From the NCBI GenBank assembly GCA_029265355.1, contig JAJUJL010000002.1:332803-396802 (forward strand): 64,000 bases of DNA. The letters run 5' to 3'. Below, one piece after another: positions 9,321 through 18,835 of this stretch (positions are counted from its first letter, which is position 1; the number at the start of each line of letters is the position of its first letter). A model generated the notes under the pieces. The model saw only the letters and a list, made by a program, of their open reading frames with translations. It searched no databases and had not been told where the DNA came from. This DNA comes from Chloroflexota bacterium. Its GTDB lineage: Bacteria > Chloroflexota > Anaerolineae > Anaerolineales > UBA4823. Position numbers and translations under genes: made by a program.

Positions 9321-10862
9321 ATGTACGCTCAATCCCTCTCCTGGTTGTTGTTGGCGCCCTTCCTACTTTCGCTGGCGGCTTTCGCAATGCGCTGGGCAGG
9401 CAAGCGCTCCATCTGGTTGGCAGAATTGATCCATCTCGTCAGCATCACTGCCGTGCTGCTGCTATCGATGCATGTGGTGCAGGGTGTGCTCGCCCAAGGC
9501 AGCATATCGGCGTTGAACGATTGGCTGCACGTTGACGCCCTGGCGGCAGTGTTTGTGACGATCGTGGGCGTGGTGGGCTTTTTAGTTGGCGTCTATGCCC
9601 TGGGATATATCCGACACGACCTGAGCAGTGGTGTCCTTCAACCTCAACAGGTGACGCTGTTTTACGGGTTGCTCAACCTGTTTTTGTTCACCATGCTGCT
9701 GGTGGTGGTTTCCAACAATATCATCATGATGTGGGTGGCAGTGGAAGCCACAACGCTGGGTTCGGCCTTCCTGGTTGGCATCTATGGGCAGCGCGCCTCG
9801 CTGGAGGCAGCCTGGAAGTATGTCATCATCTGCACAGTAGGTGTTGCGTTTGGGCTGTACGGCACCATCCTGGTGTATTCCGATGCGGTGCACTTCATGA
9901 AAGAGCCAGGCATGGCGATCCTGTGGACCCAGATTGTGGAGAACGCGCAGGCGCTCGATCCAACGATCCTGAAACTGGCATTCGTATTTGTGATGATCGG
10001 CTTCGGCACCAAGGCGGGAATTTTCCCGATGCATGCCTGGCTGCCAGATGCCCACAGCGAAGCGCCAAGCCCGGTCAGCGCCTTGCTCTCAGGGGTATTG
10101 CTCAAGTGCGCCTTGTTCGTGGTGATCCGCTTCGCCATCATCCTGAGCCGCGGCATTGGCGCGGAGTTTCCGCACCTGATACTGTTGATCTTTGGCGCTC
10201 TCTCGGTGACGGTATCCACGTTGTTCATGTTCGTTCAACGCGATCTCAAACGCCTGTTGGCCTACTCCAGCGTTGAGAATATTGGCTTGATTGTACTGGC
10301 GTTGGGCGTGGGCGGCCCACTGGGCGTGCTGGCGGGGTTAATGCACGCCGTCAATCACAGTCTGGTGAAGTCGCTGATGTTCCTGACCTCGGGAAATATT
10401 TTGATGAAATATCACACTCGCGACCTGGGCAAGATTCACGGTATGCTGCAGGCTGCGCCGCTCACCAGTTTGCTGCTTTTGGCTGGCGGGCTGGCGCTCG
10501 CCGGCTCGCCGCCTTTCAACATCTTTATCAGCAAGTTTTCGATCTTCAGCGCTGGAATGCAGAGTGGGCATATCTGGTTGATGCTGGTTTGCCTGGCTTT
10601 CCTGGCGGTGGCTTTTGCTGCGTTGCTACGAGTGATCAGCTCATCGCTGTTTGGACAGGCGCCGGATGAAATGGCAGCCGGCGAAGTTCAACCATTGACT
10701 CTGGCACCGATAGCCGTTTTGCTGGTGCTGGCGATAACGCTCGGACTCTACCTGCCGCCGCAAATTGCTCTGCTGCTCAATCAGGCGGCGGGGATTGCCC
10801 TACCGCCCGGGAGTGTGGCGAGCGCGCCTGGCGCGCTGCTGAATTGGTTGGTTCTACCTTGA
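9321..10862 (+). CDS. hyfF: Hydrogenase-4 membrane subunit F (NuoN/M antiporter-like)
   Basis: 513 aa. Motifs MHAWLPDAHSEAPSPVSALLSGVLLKCALF and LLAYSSVENIGLIVLA. Sits at the HyfF position. Confidence 0.8.
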   Translation: MYAQSLSWLLLAPFLLSLAAFAMRWAGKRSIWLAELIHLVSITAVLLLSMHVVQGVLAQGSISALNDWLHVDALAAVFVTIVGVVGFLVGVYALGYIRHDLSSGVLQPQQVTLFYGLLNLFLFTMLLVVVSNNIIMMWVAVEATTLGSAFLVGIYGQRASLEAAWKYVIICTVGVAFGLYGTILVYSDAVHFMKEPGMAILWTQIVENAQALDPTILKLAFVFVMIGFGTKAGIFPMHAWLPDAHSEAPSPVSALLSGVLLKCALFVVIRFAIILSRGIGAEFPHLILLIFGALSVTVSTLFMFVQRDLKRLLAYSSVENIGLIVLALGVGGPLGVLAGLMHAVNHSLVKSLMFLTSGNILMKYHTRDLGKIHGMLQAAPLTSLLLLAGGLALAGSPPFNIFISKFSIFSAGMQSGHIWLMLVCLAFLAVAFAALLRVISSSLFGQAPDEMAAGEVQPLTLAPIAVLLVLAITLGLYLPPQIALLLNQAAGIALPPGSVASAPGALLNWLVLP

Positions 10863-10903
10863 GTGACCCTATTTGACCTGAGCTGAGGTAGAGGAGCGTG
10901 GCA

Positions 10904-12652
10904 ATGATGTTGAGACCTGAAGAGAAAACCCAACGTGGTCAGCGCTACGTACAGGCGCTGCGCCAGCAATTTGGGACAATAATCCAGGAAGAGACCTGGC
11001 AGGCGCCTGAGCAGGTAACCTTGACCGTGGACTTGAACAGTCTGCCGGCTGTGGTGGATGCAGCGTACCACCAACATGGCGGTTGGCTTTCGGTCGTGGC
11101 TGGCAATGATGAGCGCCCGTTGAATGGGCATTTTGCGTTGTACTATGTGTTATCGGTTGAAGGGGACGAGACGCACAACGGATCAGAACCAGAGAGCTGC
11201 TATTTGATTGTGCGCGCCCTTGTGCCGCCGAACAAACCAGAGTTCCCTGCGGTGACCCCGCGCGTACCAGCAGCCGTCTGGTACGAGCGTGAGGTGCGCG
11301 ACATGTTCGGCTTACAGCCGGTGGGTTTGCCTGACGAACGACGACTGGTGCTGCCGGATGATTGGCCCGCCGATTTGCACCCGTTGCGCAAAGACGCCAT
11401 GGATTACCGCTACCGCCCGGCGCCGGAGACCGAAGACGAAACCTACGAATTTTTTGACGTGCAGGGAGAAGGGGTGCTGCAGATACCGCTTGGCCCGCTG
11501 CATATCACCTCCGATGAACCGGGTCATTTCCGCCTGTTTGTGGATGGCGAGCACATCATCGATGCAGATTACCGCCTGTTCTATGTGCATCGCGGCATGG
11601 AAAAATTGGCCGAGACGCGCATGACCTATGATCAGGTGACCTTCCTGGCGGATCGGATTTGCGGCATCTGTGGTTACGCCCATAACGTGGCGTACTCAAA
11701 CTCGATTGAAAGGGCATTGGGTATCTCCATACCAGAGCGCGCTCACTATATCCGCACGATCTTGCTTGAGGTGGAGCGCCTGCACAGCCATCTGCTCAAC
11801 CTGGGGCTGGCCTGCCACTTTGTGGGCTTCGACACGGGCTTTATGCAGTTCTTCCGGGTGCGTGAAAAATCGATGAAGATGGCGGAACTACTGACAGGCA
11901 CGCGCAAGACGTATGGTATGAACCTGATCGGCGGTGTGCGCCGCGATATTCTCAAAGAGCAGCGCCTCCAGACACTGCAGTGGTGCAAGGAGCTGCGCCA
12001 GGAAGTCAGCGACCTGGTCGGCATGCTGTTGGAGACGCCCAACATTGTGCAGCGCACGCAGAATGTGGGACGCCTGGAGCCGCAGGTGGCGCGCGAATAC
12101 TCACCGGTCGGCCCGACGCTGCGCGGTTCAGGTTTTCCACGCGATATCCGCGTCATCCATCCCTACAGCGCCTACGACCGGGTACCCTGGAAGCTGACTT
12201 ACAAGGATGGCTGTGATGTGCTGGCGCGCACTCTGATACGCGCTGAGGAATTCTTTGAATCGCTGTCGATGGTGGAGCGCTGCCTGGACACGATGCCTGA
12301 TGGACCCATCCTGACCGAGGGTTTCAACTACACACCCCATCGCTATGCGCTGGGTTACGTGGAAGCGCCGCGCGGCGAGGATATCCATTGGAGTATGCTG
12401 GGCGATAACCAAAAGCTGTATCGCTGGCGCTGCCGCGCCTCCAGCTATAACAATTGGCCTTCGCTACGCTATATGCTTCAGAACAACACGATTTCTGATG
12501 CACCTTTGATTGTCGCCAGCATCGACCCGTGTTACTCATGCACCGAGCGAGTGACAGTGGTGGATGTGCGTAAGAAAGATGTCAAGATCGTTCCGTATAA
12601 GGAACTGGAGCGCTACTGCCGTGAGCGCAAGGATTCGCCACTGAAGGCCTAA
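10904..12652 (+). CDS. hyfG: [NiFe]-hydrogenase large subunit, NuoC-NuoD-like fusion (HyfG/HycE-like)
   Basis: Ni-binding cysteine pairs RICGICGYAH and C-terminal DPCYSCTERV. NuoC-like N-terminal third. GAGGAG SD lies 7 nt before the ATG at 10904. The track start at 10898 is GTG. Confidence 0.9.
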   Translation: MMLRPEEKTQRGQRYVQALRQQFGTIIQEETWQAPEQVTLTVDLNSLPAVVDAAYHQHGGWLSVVAGNDERPLNGHFALYYVLSVEGDETHNGSEPESCYLIVRALVPPNKPEFPAVTPRVPAAVWYEREVRDMFGLQPVGLPDERRLVLPDDWPADLHPLRKDAMDYRYRPAPETEDETYEFFDVQGEGVLQIPLGPLHITSDEPGHFRLFVDGEHIIDADYRLFYVHRGMEKLAETRMTYDQVTFLADRICGICGYAHNVAYSNSIERALGISIPERAHYIRTILLEVERLHSHLLNLGLACHFVGFDTGFMQFFRVREKSMKMAELLTGTRKTYGMNLIGGVRRDILKEQRLQTLQWCKELRQEVSDLVGMLLETPNIVQRTQNVGRLEPQVAREYSPVGPTLRGSGFPRDIRVIHPYSAYDRVPWKLTYKDGCDVLARTLIRAEEFFESLSMVERCLDTMPDGPILTEGFNYTPHRYALGYVEAPRGEDIHWSMLGDNQKLYRWRCRASSYNNWPSLRYMLQNNTISDAPLIVASIDPCYSCTERVTVVDVRKKDVKIVPYKELERYCRERKDSPLKA

Positions 12653-12679
12653 CTCCGTATCCGGGGAAGAGGATGTCGT

Positions 12680-13261
12680 ATGGTTTTGAAATTACTGCGC
12701 GAAGTTCTCAAAGTTGGCCAGGCAACTGTGCCTTATCCGTTCGTGCCGGTGGAGGTGGCGCCAGGCTTTCGCGGCAAGCCGGAATACAATCCAGAGCAAT
12801 GCATTGCCTGCGCAGCCTGCACCATCGCCTGTCCGCCCAACGCCTTGAGCATGGAGACCGATCTGGAGAACGGCGTGCGCACCTGGTCGCTCTTCTATGG
12901 GCGCTGCATTTTCTGCGCTCGCTGCGAGGAGGTCTGTCCAACCGGAGCGATTAAATTGGGAGCGGATTTCGAGCTGGCTTCATTTACCCGGCAAGACCTG
13001 ACCGTGCAGGCCGAGTTTCGCCTGGCAGAGTGCCAGCGTTGCGGCGCGTACTTTGCCTCTGCCAAGGAGCTGGAGCATGTTCTGGCGCTGCTCGACCAGG
13101 CCTGGAAGGGCCAGCAGTCGTTATCCGAAGATGACATATCTGCTCGCAAAGCGCTGCTGCGCCTGTGCCCGGAATGCCGCCGGAAGGTCGATCTGCCCCG
13201 TGTAAAGGAGTTGGTGCATACCGCCTGGCCGGCAGTGGAGGTGCTCGATGGCAGAATATGA
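12680..13261 (+). CDS. hyfH: Hydrogenase 2x[4Fe-4S] subunit (NuoI/HycF/HyfH-like)
   Basis: [12 protein letters not shown] and [12 protein letters not shown] motifs. Operon position matches HyfH. Confidence 0.85.
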   Translation: MVLKLLREVLKVGQATVPYPFVPVEVAPGFRGKPEYNPEQCIACAACTIACPPNALSMETDLENGVRTWSLFYGRCIFCARCEEVCPTGAIKLGADFELASFTRQDLTVQAEFRLAECQRCGAYFASAKELEHVLALLDQAWKGQQSLSEDDISARKALLRLCPECRRKVDLPRVKELVHTAWPAVEVLDGRI

Positions 13262-14024
13262 TATTCGCACCGATAGCAAATTCGCGGTCAAGCCAGATGA
13301 AGCGGTCAACGCGCTCAAGGGGGCGCTGCTCAAAGATATCCGCCGCTCAGCCTATGTGTATCGCGTGGACTGCGGTGGCTGCAATGGCTGCGAAATCGAA
13401 ATATTCGCCGCCATCACGCCCATTTTCGATGCGGAGCGTTTCGGCATTAAGGTGGTCTCTTCGCCGCGCCACGCGGATATCCTTGTCTACACGGGAGCGA
13501 TGACGCGCGCGATGCGTGTGCCAGCGCTGCGCGCCTATCACGCTGCGCCAGACCCGAAGATTTGTGTTGCTTATGGCGCATGCGGTTGTTCCGGGGGCAT
13601 TTTTCACGATTTATATGGGGTTTGGGGTGGCGCAGACAAGATCCTGCCGATCGATCTGTATATCCCGGGCTGCCCGCCCACTCCACCCGCCACGGTGCAT
13701 GGCTTTGCTGTGGCCTTGGGCTTACTACAGCAGAAGATGAAAGCCGTGCACCATGTCCAGGGTGAAACGGAGCGCTCACAGTTGATCTCGCCGCAGGTGC
13801 CGCTGTCACTGCGCATTATGATCGAACGGGCGGCCCGGCGCATGGCGGGTTACTGGCACGGTAAACGCATCGCTGACGATTTCTTGAGCATGGTGGATGG
13901 TGGGAACCTTTCAGCGCTCTCGGAATCATTGCACGCTTATTTGCAGAAGAGAGACGATCCGCGCCTGGCGGAGATCATGACGCTGCTCAAGGAAGAGTAT
14001 GCGACTCACCTGGAGGGTGGCTGA
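13248..14024 (+). CDS. hyfI: [NiFe]-hydrogenase small subunit (NuoB/HycG/HyfI-like)
   Basis: [18 protein letters not shown] and IPGCPP cysteine motifs of NuoB-type subunits. Overlaps the hyfH 3' end by 14 nt. Confidence 0.85.
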   Translation: MAEYDIRTDSKFAVKPDEAVNALKGALLKDIRRSAYVYRVDCGGCNGCEIEIFAAITPIFDAERFGIKVVSSPRHADILVYTGAMTRAMRVPALRAYHAAPDPKICVAYGACGCSGGIFHDLYGVWGGADKILPIDLYIPGCPPTPPATVHGFAVALGLLQQKMKAVHHVQGETERSQLISPQVPLSLRIMIERAARRMAGYWHGKRIADDFLSMVDGGNLSALSESLHAYLQKRDDPRLAEIMTLLKEEYATHLEGG

Positions 14025-14027
14025 TTG

Positions 14028-14420
14028 ATGACAGCGCGGGTCGTTTTTTATCAGTTGCGCACAAGGTTTGTCAACCGCAGGGAGGATATCCCGGAACAAG
14101 CGCGCCAGGTGGTGTATTACAGCCTGGCGGTTGGGCATCATGTGGGCGTGATGGACTGTTTTAGCAGGTTGGTTGAGGTGCCGTTGGAGAATTTCTTAGA
14201 ATGGTTGCAGACTCTACCCGCAGGTCCAGCGCGGAGTAAGTTGGAGGGTGTGCTAGCCTGGGGCGAGATTGAGATCAATAAAAGTCACAGCGCGATGTTG
14301 CTGCAGCTCTTTGAGCAAGCAAACAAAGACCACCCGACCTGGTTGGATGTCTTGGTGGATGGGCTGCGATGCATGCAACAAGAACCAGCTTATTATTGGA
14401 TGGTTAGAAAGCAGGTCTGA
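14028..14420 (+). CDS. hyfJ: HycH/HyfJ-family hydrogenase maturation/assembly protein
   Basis: MTARVVFYQLRTRFVNRREDIPEQARQVVYYSLAVGHHVGVMDC matches the conserved HycH N-terminus as I recall it (VVF.QL...AQQVVYYSLAIGHH.GV.DC). The ATG at 14028 follows the TTG at 14025. Confidence 0.75.
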   Translation: MTARVVFYQLRTRFVNRREDIPEQARQVVYYSLAVGHHVGVMDCFSRLVEVPLENFLEWLQTLPAGPARSKLEGVLAWGEIEINKSHSAMLLQLFEQANKDHPTWLDVLVDGLRCMQQEPAYYWMVRKQV

Positions 14421-14878
14421 TGAAACAGGTTATTCTGACGGTTGGGAATGCCCTGATGGGCGATGACGCGGCCGGGGTGTTGCTGGCTCAGATGATGAGC
14501 CAGCAACCGGTGGAAGGTTGGCAAGTGGTGAATGGGGGCTCTGCGCCGGAGAATGTGCTCCACCGGGTGCGGGAGCTGGCGCCTGAGCGGGTGCTGGTAG
14601 TGGATGCGGCTGATATGGAACTGCCTGAAGGGTCAGTGAATTGGATCGACGCGGAAAAGCTGCAAGATCCATTTCTGTTAACCACGCATACACTGCCTCT
14701 GAGCTACTTGATCGAGGCGTTGCGTGAGTTTGTTCCCCAGGTTGAGCTGCTTGGCATCCAACCCGCAGTGGTGGCGTTTGGGTATCCAATTTCGCCGGCA
14801 GTGAAAGATGCTGTGGAAAGGGTTTACACGGCGTTGCAAAATGGCGCATTGATATTTGAGCCTCTACCGGTTGGCTGA
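14420..14878 (+). CDS. hycI: Hydrogenase large-subunit C-terminal maturation endopeptidase (HycI-like)
   Basis: MKQVILTVGNALMGDDAAGVLLAQ is the signature N-terminus of HycI/HybD proteases. TGATG overlap with the hyfJ stop. Confidence 0.8.
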   Translation: MKQVILTVGNALMGDDAAGVLLAQMMSQQPVEGWQVVNGGSAPENVLHRVRELAPERVLVVDAADMELPEGSVNWIDAEKLQDPFLLTTHTLPLSYLIEALREFVPQVELLGIQPAVVAFGYPISPAVKDAVERVYTALQNGALIFEPLPVG

Positions 14879-14923
14879 TCTGGGGCAGGCGAGGCCGCTT
14901 GCCCTACGAGTAAGGAGATTGCT

Positions 14924-15367
14924 ATGATCACAGTCCGTGATGTCTTATCCAAGTCTGCTGGCTCGACAATCTGCGTGGCCCCGGGGGATACCGTGTATCG
15001 CGCGTTGCAGGTGATGGCAGAGAACAATGTTGGCGCGGTGATGGTGGCTGAAGGCGACCAGATGGTCGGTATCTTCACCGAGCGCGATTACTGCCGCAAG
15101 ATTATTCTGATGGGGCGCTCGTCGTTGAATACTCCCATCGAAGAGATCATGACCAAAAAAATGATTACCGTCCGCCCAGATCAGACGCTGGAGGAGTGCA
15201 TCGAATTGATGACCAAGTACCACATCCGCCACCTGCCGGTGGAAGAAGGCGGCAAGATCATCGGCATGGTCACAATGCGCAATGTGATGGAAATGATCAT
15301 CGCTTCCAAACAGGATCGCATCGAGCGGCTGGAAAACTATATCCTGGGCAGCGATTACGGGCATTAG
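14924..15367 (+). CDS. CBS-pair domain protein
   Basis: Two CBS repeats (GAVMVAEGDQMVGIFTERD; HIRHLPVEEGGKIIGMVTMRNV). AAGGAG SD. Possibly co-transcribed with the hyf operon. Confidence 0.85.
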   Translation: MITVRDVLSKSAGSTICVAPGDTVYRALQVMAENNVGAVMVAEGDQMVGIFTERDYCRKIILMGRSSLNTPIEEIMTKKMITVRPDQTLEECIELMTKYHIRHLPVEEGGKIIGMVTMRNVMEMIIASKQDRIERLENYILGSDYGH

Positions 15368-15471
15368 CGACAACTCGACTATTCCCCATTGTGCTATACT
15401 GATTTTGGAGGGGTATTAATCCGCGCTTTAATTCTTTAAATCTCCCGCTGGACTACTCCTCGAGGTGGATA

Positions 15472-17433
15472 ATGAAAAAATTTCACATCCTCAACGCCTT
15501 CGCCGCGATGGCCTTGCTGCTCAGTTCTTCGTGGAATGCAGGCCCGACGCTCGCCAGTGCGAAATCGCCCGCGATTGCCGACGCAGAAACTCCCGATTTG
15601 ATTAGCGAGACTGGCGGCGCAGTCTTTGCAGTGAGCTTCGAATCCTATGCCGAGGGTTTGGGCTATCTCTACCTCGGAGTGGGACGGCGCCTGTTTATCT
15701 ACCATGTCAATCTCTTACTCATGCCGGGAACTCCCACCCTCACGCCGCACGGGTTTACAGAACCACTGCCGGGTGTTATCCAGGACGTGTCCATCGTTGG
15801 TAATCGTGCGTTTGTGACGATGGGGGAGAGCGGCCTGGCGGTCGTTGATATTGCAAACAAAGATGCTCCTTTGTATCTCAATCATTATGACACGCCAGGT
15901 TTCGCCAAGGGAGTATTCATGACGGCGACGACTGCCTATGTCGCAGACGGCTTTAGCGGTTTGTTGGCGCTCGAGATCAGCGATCCATTGAATATTGGGC
16001 TTCTGGCTTCCTACAACACGGAAGGCGATGCACGTGATGTGATCATGGCGAATGATCTCACCCTTGGTGATTTGTTCTACGTCGCCGATGGTCAACGCGG
16101 CCTGGTGGTGCTGGATGAAACTGCTTCAGGATTCGTTCAGATTGGTTCACTGGATACCAGCGGGTATGCGGAATCTGTGTATGTCAAAGAAAAATACATC
16201 CACCTTGCCGATGGGTGGGCTGGTTGGAAGAAGATCAAAATCGCAAACCCGGCCAGCCCTCTTTTGGAAGATTACCTGGATACACCCGACTGGGCTTCCG
16301 ATGCATTGTTTTTTGGTGGTGAGGTGTATGTCGCTGATCAAACTTCTGGTCTGCGGATCATCGGCTCGGACGCGGTGACCGGGGATGCGGTGGAAATTGC
16401 CTCATTCGACACCCCGGGTCTGGCGGTTGGCATGGGATGGGCAGAGGGTTTTGTGTTGATGGCAGATTACAGCGGACTGACAGTCATCGATGTGAACAAC
16501 CCTGGCGCTCCAACCGCAGAGCCTGACGCCTCTATCCCCAGCCTGGCGGTTCCTGGGAAACTGACTGTCGTGGGGGATAGGGTGTATACCACCGGCGCTG
16601 AGCAAGGGTTGCACATCGTTGATGCTGGCAATCCCGTTGCACCAGCTCTTATCGGAATGCTTGACACCCCGGGCGCAGCCAATGGTGTGGCAGTTGCGGG
16701 AGACAAGGCTTTTATCGCTGATGGGGCAGAGGGTTTGCTTCAGATAGATGTGTCTGTTCCTGCGGCGCCCACCGCAACATACACGACGAGCATCACCGGA
16801 GGGGCGTTCGCAGTGGTTGTAGAAGGCGACACTGCATATGTGGCTGCTGGCGCCAACGGTTTGGCAGCGGTTCAGTTCTATAATGACCCAAACCCGCCGC
16901 AAGTGATCGGCAGTTTTGATACGGCCGGCTATGCCCTGGACGTTGCTGTGGCGGGGGAATATGCCTATATTGCAGATGGCGATAATGGGCTGGTGATCGC
17001 GGATCGCTTCCCCCTGGATGCGGCATCGCTGGTAGGCTCGCTCGATTTCCCAGGCACGGCTCTGGCTGTGGCAGTTCAGGACAATACCTGCTTCATTGCG
17101 GCTGGGAGCAGTGGACTGCGCATCATCGATATCTCGAACCCGGCTGCACCCATAGAGACTGGATACTACGACACGCCTGGATCGGTGGCGGATGTCGTTG
17201 TCGTGGGAAACCTGGCGTATCTGGCGGATGATGTCCACGGGTTGCAGGTGATCAATGTGGCGAATCCAGCGTCCCCGTTCCTTACAGCCAGCTATGATTC
17301 GATCGGATTCGCAACGGGCGTGGCAGTTACCAGCAGCAACGTGTACCTGGCAGACGGACCGGGAGGATTGCTGATTTTCAACCCGGTACCGGAGCGTTAT
17401 TACATCTCACTTCCGTTGCTGTTGCGAAATTAA
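15472..17433 (+). CDS. Secreted LVIVD-repeat beta-propeller protein
   Basis: Signal peptide MKKFHILNAFAAMALLLSSSW. About 13 repeats of the G-L-x-[IV]-[IV]-D-[IV]-x-N-P-x-x-P type (GLAVVDIANKDAP, GLTVIDVNNPGAP, GLRIIDISNPAAP, GLQVINVANPASP). Confidence 0.85.
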   Translation: MKKFHILNAFAAMALLLSSSWNAGPTLASAKSPAIADAETPDLISETGGAVFAVSFESYAEGLGYLYLGVGRRLFIYHVNLLLMPGTPTLTPHGFTEPLPGVIQDVSIVGNRAFVTMGESGLAVVDIANKDAPLYLNHYDTPGFAKGVFMTATTAYVADGFSGLLALEISDPLNIGLLASYNTEGDARDVIMANDLTLGDLFYVADGQRGLVVLDETASGFVQIGSLDTSGYAESVYVKEKYIHLADGWAGWKKIKIANPASPLLEDYLDTPDWASDALFFGGEVYVADQTSGLRIIGSDAVTGDAVEIASFDTPGLAVGMGWAEGFVLMADYSGLTVIDVNNPGAPTAEPDASIPSLAVPGKLTVVGDRVYTTGAEQGLHIVDAGNPVAPALIGMLDTPGAANGVAVAGDKAFIADGAEGLLQIDVSVPAAPTATYTTSITGGAFAVVVEGDTAYVAAGANGLAAVQFYNDPNPPQVIGSFDTAGYALDVAVAGEYAYIADGDNGLVIADRFPLDAASLVGSLDFPGTALAVAVQDNTCFIAAGSSGLRIIDISNPAAPIETGYYDTPGSVADVVVVGNLAYLADDVHGLQVINVANPASPFLTASYDSIGFATGVAVTSSNVYLADGPGGLLIFNPVPERYYISLPLLLRN

Positions 17434-17517
17434 CAAACCTCAAACGGATGCATTTTTTTTATCTTTCTGGGAACCATTTCCAGCCATTGCTCGTCTATTA
17501 GCAGTTATTACGGTATT

Positions 17518-17558
17518 GGGGGTTGATCAGGGCGGCGAAGCCGCCCTGATCAACCCCC
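17518..17558. repeat. Perfect 41-nt palindromic hairpin (19-bp stem, GAA loop)
   Basis: GGGGGTTGATCAGGGCGGC (17518..17536), GAA, GCCGCCCTGATCAACCCCC (17540..17558). There is no T-run on either side. It lies 85 nt after the LVIVD stop and 40 nt before the next start. Confidence 0.85.
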
Positions 17559-17597
17559 AAAATCAAACACTTTCAAAGCCCGAAAGGAGAAAACACC

Positions 17598-17849
17598 ATG
17601 AAAATCCAAATGTGGTTCTTGCTATTGTTCGTACTGTTGCTTGCGGCGGTGAGCGTGGCAGGCGCCCTGGCGTCGGATGGTTCTGCAATCCAAACTACGC
17701 AGCCCGCAGAGGATCAAAATGCGGTTTCTTTAGGAAAGACGGGACCCCTGGCTCAAATGTATGCGGGAGGAGTTGTGGTTGTGCTGGTGCTGTTATCGCT
17801 AGCTCCTTTGGCCCTCGGGTACGAGCCTGGAGCGGGGATCAATCTCTGA
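17598..17849 (+). CDS. Small secreted/membrane protein (83 aa), unknown function
   Basis: AAAGGAGAA SD. N-terminal signal-like helix MKIQMWFLLLFVLLLAAVSVAGALA and a C-terminal hydrophobic helix GGVVVVLVLLSLAPLAL. Followed by a terminator. Confidence 0.55.
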   Translation: MKIQMWFLLLFVLLLAAVSVAGALASDGSAIQTTQPAEDQNAVSLGKTGPLAQMYAGGVVVVLVLLSLAPLALGYEPGAGINL

Positions 17850-17882
17850 TGTGCAATATACGAACAACGGTAATTCGATAAG

Positions 17883-17914
17883 CCGGGCTGGCAAGCGCCA
17901 GCCCGGTTCGTTCT
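17883..17914 (+). terminator. Rho-independent terminator
   Basis: CCGGGCTGGC (17883..17892), AAGC loop, GCCAGCCCGG (17897..17906), then the T-rich tail TTCGTTCT. Confidence 0.6.
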
Positions 17915-18049
17915 ATAGAGAGCTTCTCGACGTCAGCTAAGTAAACCGCCGAAAGTGTTTAGAGCAAATCGGCCATCGCGACGGCGGTTTTCTCCAGGGT
18001 TTTGCTGGTGATCGTTCACATTTTTGTAGAAACACTCCCGGCGAAACAC

Positions 18050-18742
18050 CTAGTTGACTCGATTTCCGTAGAGCGGCTTGAGCGCTTCGCGGACTTCCTT
18101 GAGGCTACCATAGGCGATGGTGTAGCGGTGCCTTGTGCCATTACTGTCAATCTCTACCTGATCGCGATCGTTTGGTTCTTCGGGGTCAGAGCTTTTCAAT
18201 CGCACCTGTTGGATTTGATTGTGCAGAAAATAGAAGTTTTCGCCATGCTCTGCCAGGATCGTGGCTGGTGCCATACCCAGGTAGCGTTGTGAGAAGTGCC
18301 ATCCAGAAGTCGTCATCGCTGCCCACTGTTTGAAAAAACCTTTGCCCTGTTCGCGGGCTTGTTGCCTGGCATCTTTTGCAGCCTCTTGCAGCATCTGGCT
18401 GGTTACCAATGCAAAAATCAGGCGATGGGAGGTGAGCACTACGGCAAAAGATTGGGAGCCAAACAATCCTTTGCGGCGCTGCAAAATGGGTAGCACCTTC
18501 AGCACGACTTCAACCTTGGTGTGATTGGCATTGCCAGGGGTGGATGGAACAGCCTGTGGGGCAGTCTTTTGAGGCGGTGGGGGAGTGACAAGCGGCGCAG
18601 GGCCATGTTGTGTTTGTTGAATGGGAACATCTGCGAATCCGGCCTGTTGCATCTCTATCCGGTGACCACAGTTGCCGCAAAAACGCGCTCCCGAAGCGAG
18701 CTGGTTGCCACAGAAAGTACAGAATCCGGATGTATGCTTCAT
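18050..18742 (-). CDS. Zinc-ribbon protein with Pro-rich linker and PH/GRAM-like C-terminal domain
   Basis: CTFCGNQLASGARFCGNCGH zinc ribbon. The C-terminal part resembles bacterial PH-like domains. The ATG at 18742 has a GGAG 8 nt upstream. The track start at 18775 is GTG. Confidence 0.6.
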   Translation of the reverse strand: MKHTSGFCTFCGNQLASGARFCGNCGHRIEMQQAGFADVPIQQTQHGPAPLVTPPPPQKTAPQAVPSTPGNANHTKVEVVLKVLPILQRRKGLFGSQSFAVVLTSHRLIFALVTSQMLQEAAKDARQQAREQGKGFFKQWAAMTTSGWHFSQRYLGMAPATILAEHGENFYFLHNQIQQVRLKSSDPEEPNDRDQVEIDSNGTRHRYTIAYGSLKEVREALKPLYGNRVN

Positions 18743-18835
18743 TAGTTTACTCCAAGAATCCGATGGACCATTCACCCCCTGTTATCGGATGTCAATGGAT
18801 TAACTGAACAGGCAGTCACCTGATAAAAATGTCGA

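Noticed and set aside
3574-14878. The membrane-subunit cluster could be respiratory complex I (nuo) or an Mrp antiporter operon.
   Set aside because: The NuoD-like subunit retains both Ni-binding Cys pairs. The HycH- and HycI-type maturation genes and a HycB-type ferredoxin are present, and NuoE/F/G are absent. It is therefore a group-4 hydrogenase.
17516-17881. A 121-aa ORF spans the 41-nt palindrome and the small membrane-protein gene.
   Set aside because: It starts with TTG inside the hairpin and is Arg/Gly-rich. It overlaps, out of frame, the better-supported SD-led 83-aa gene.
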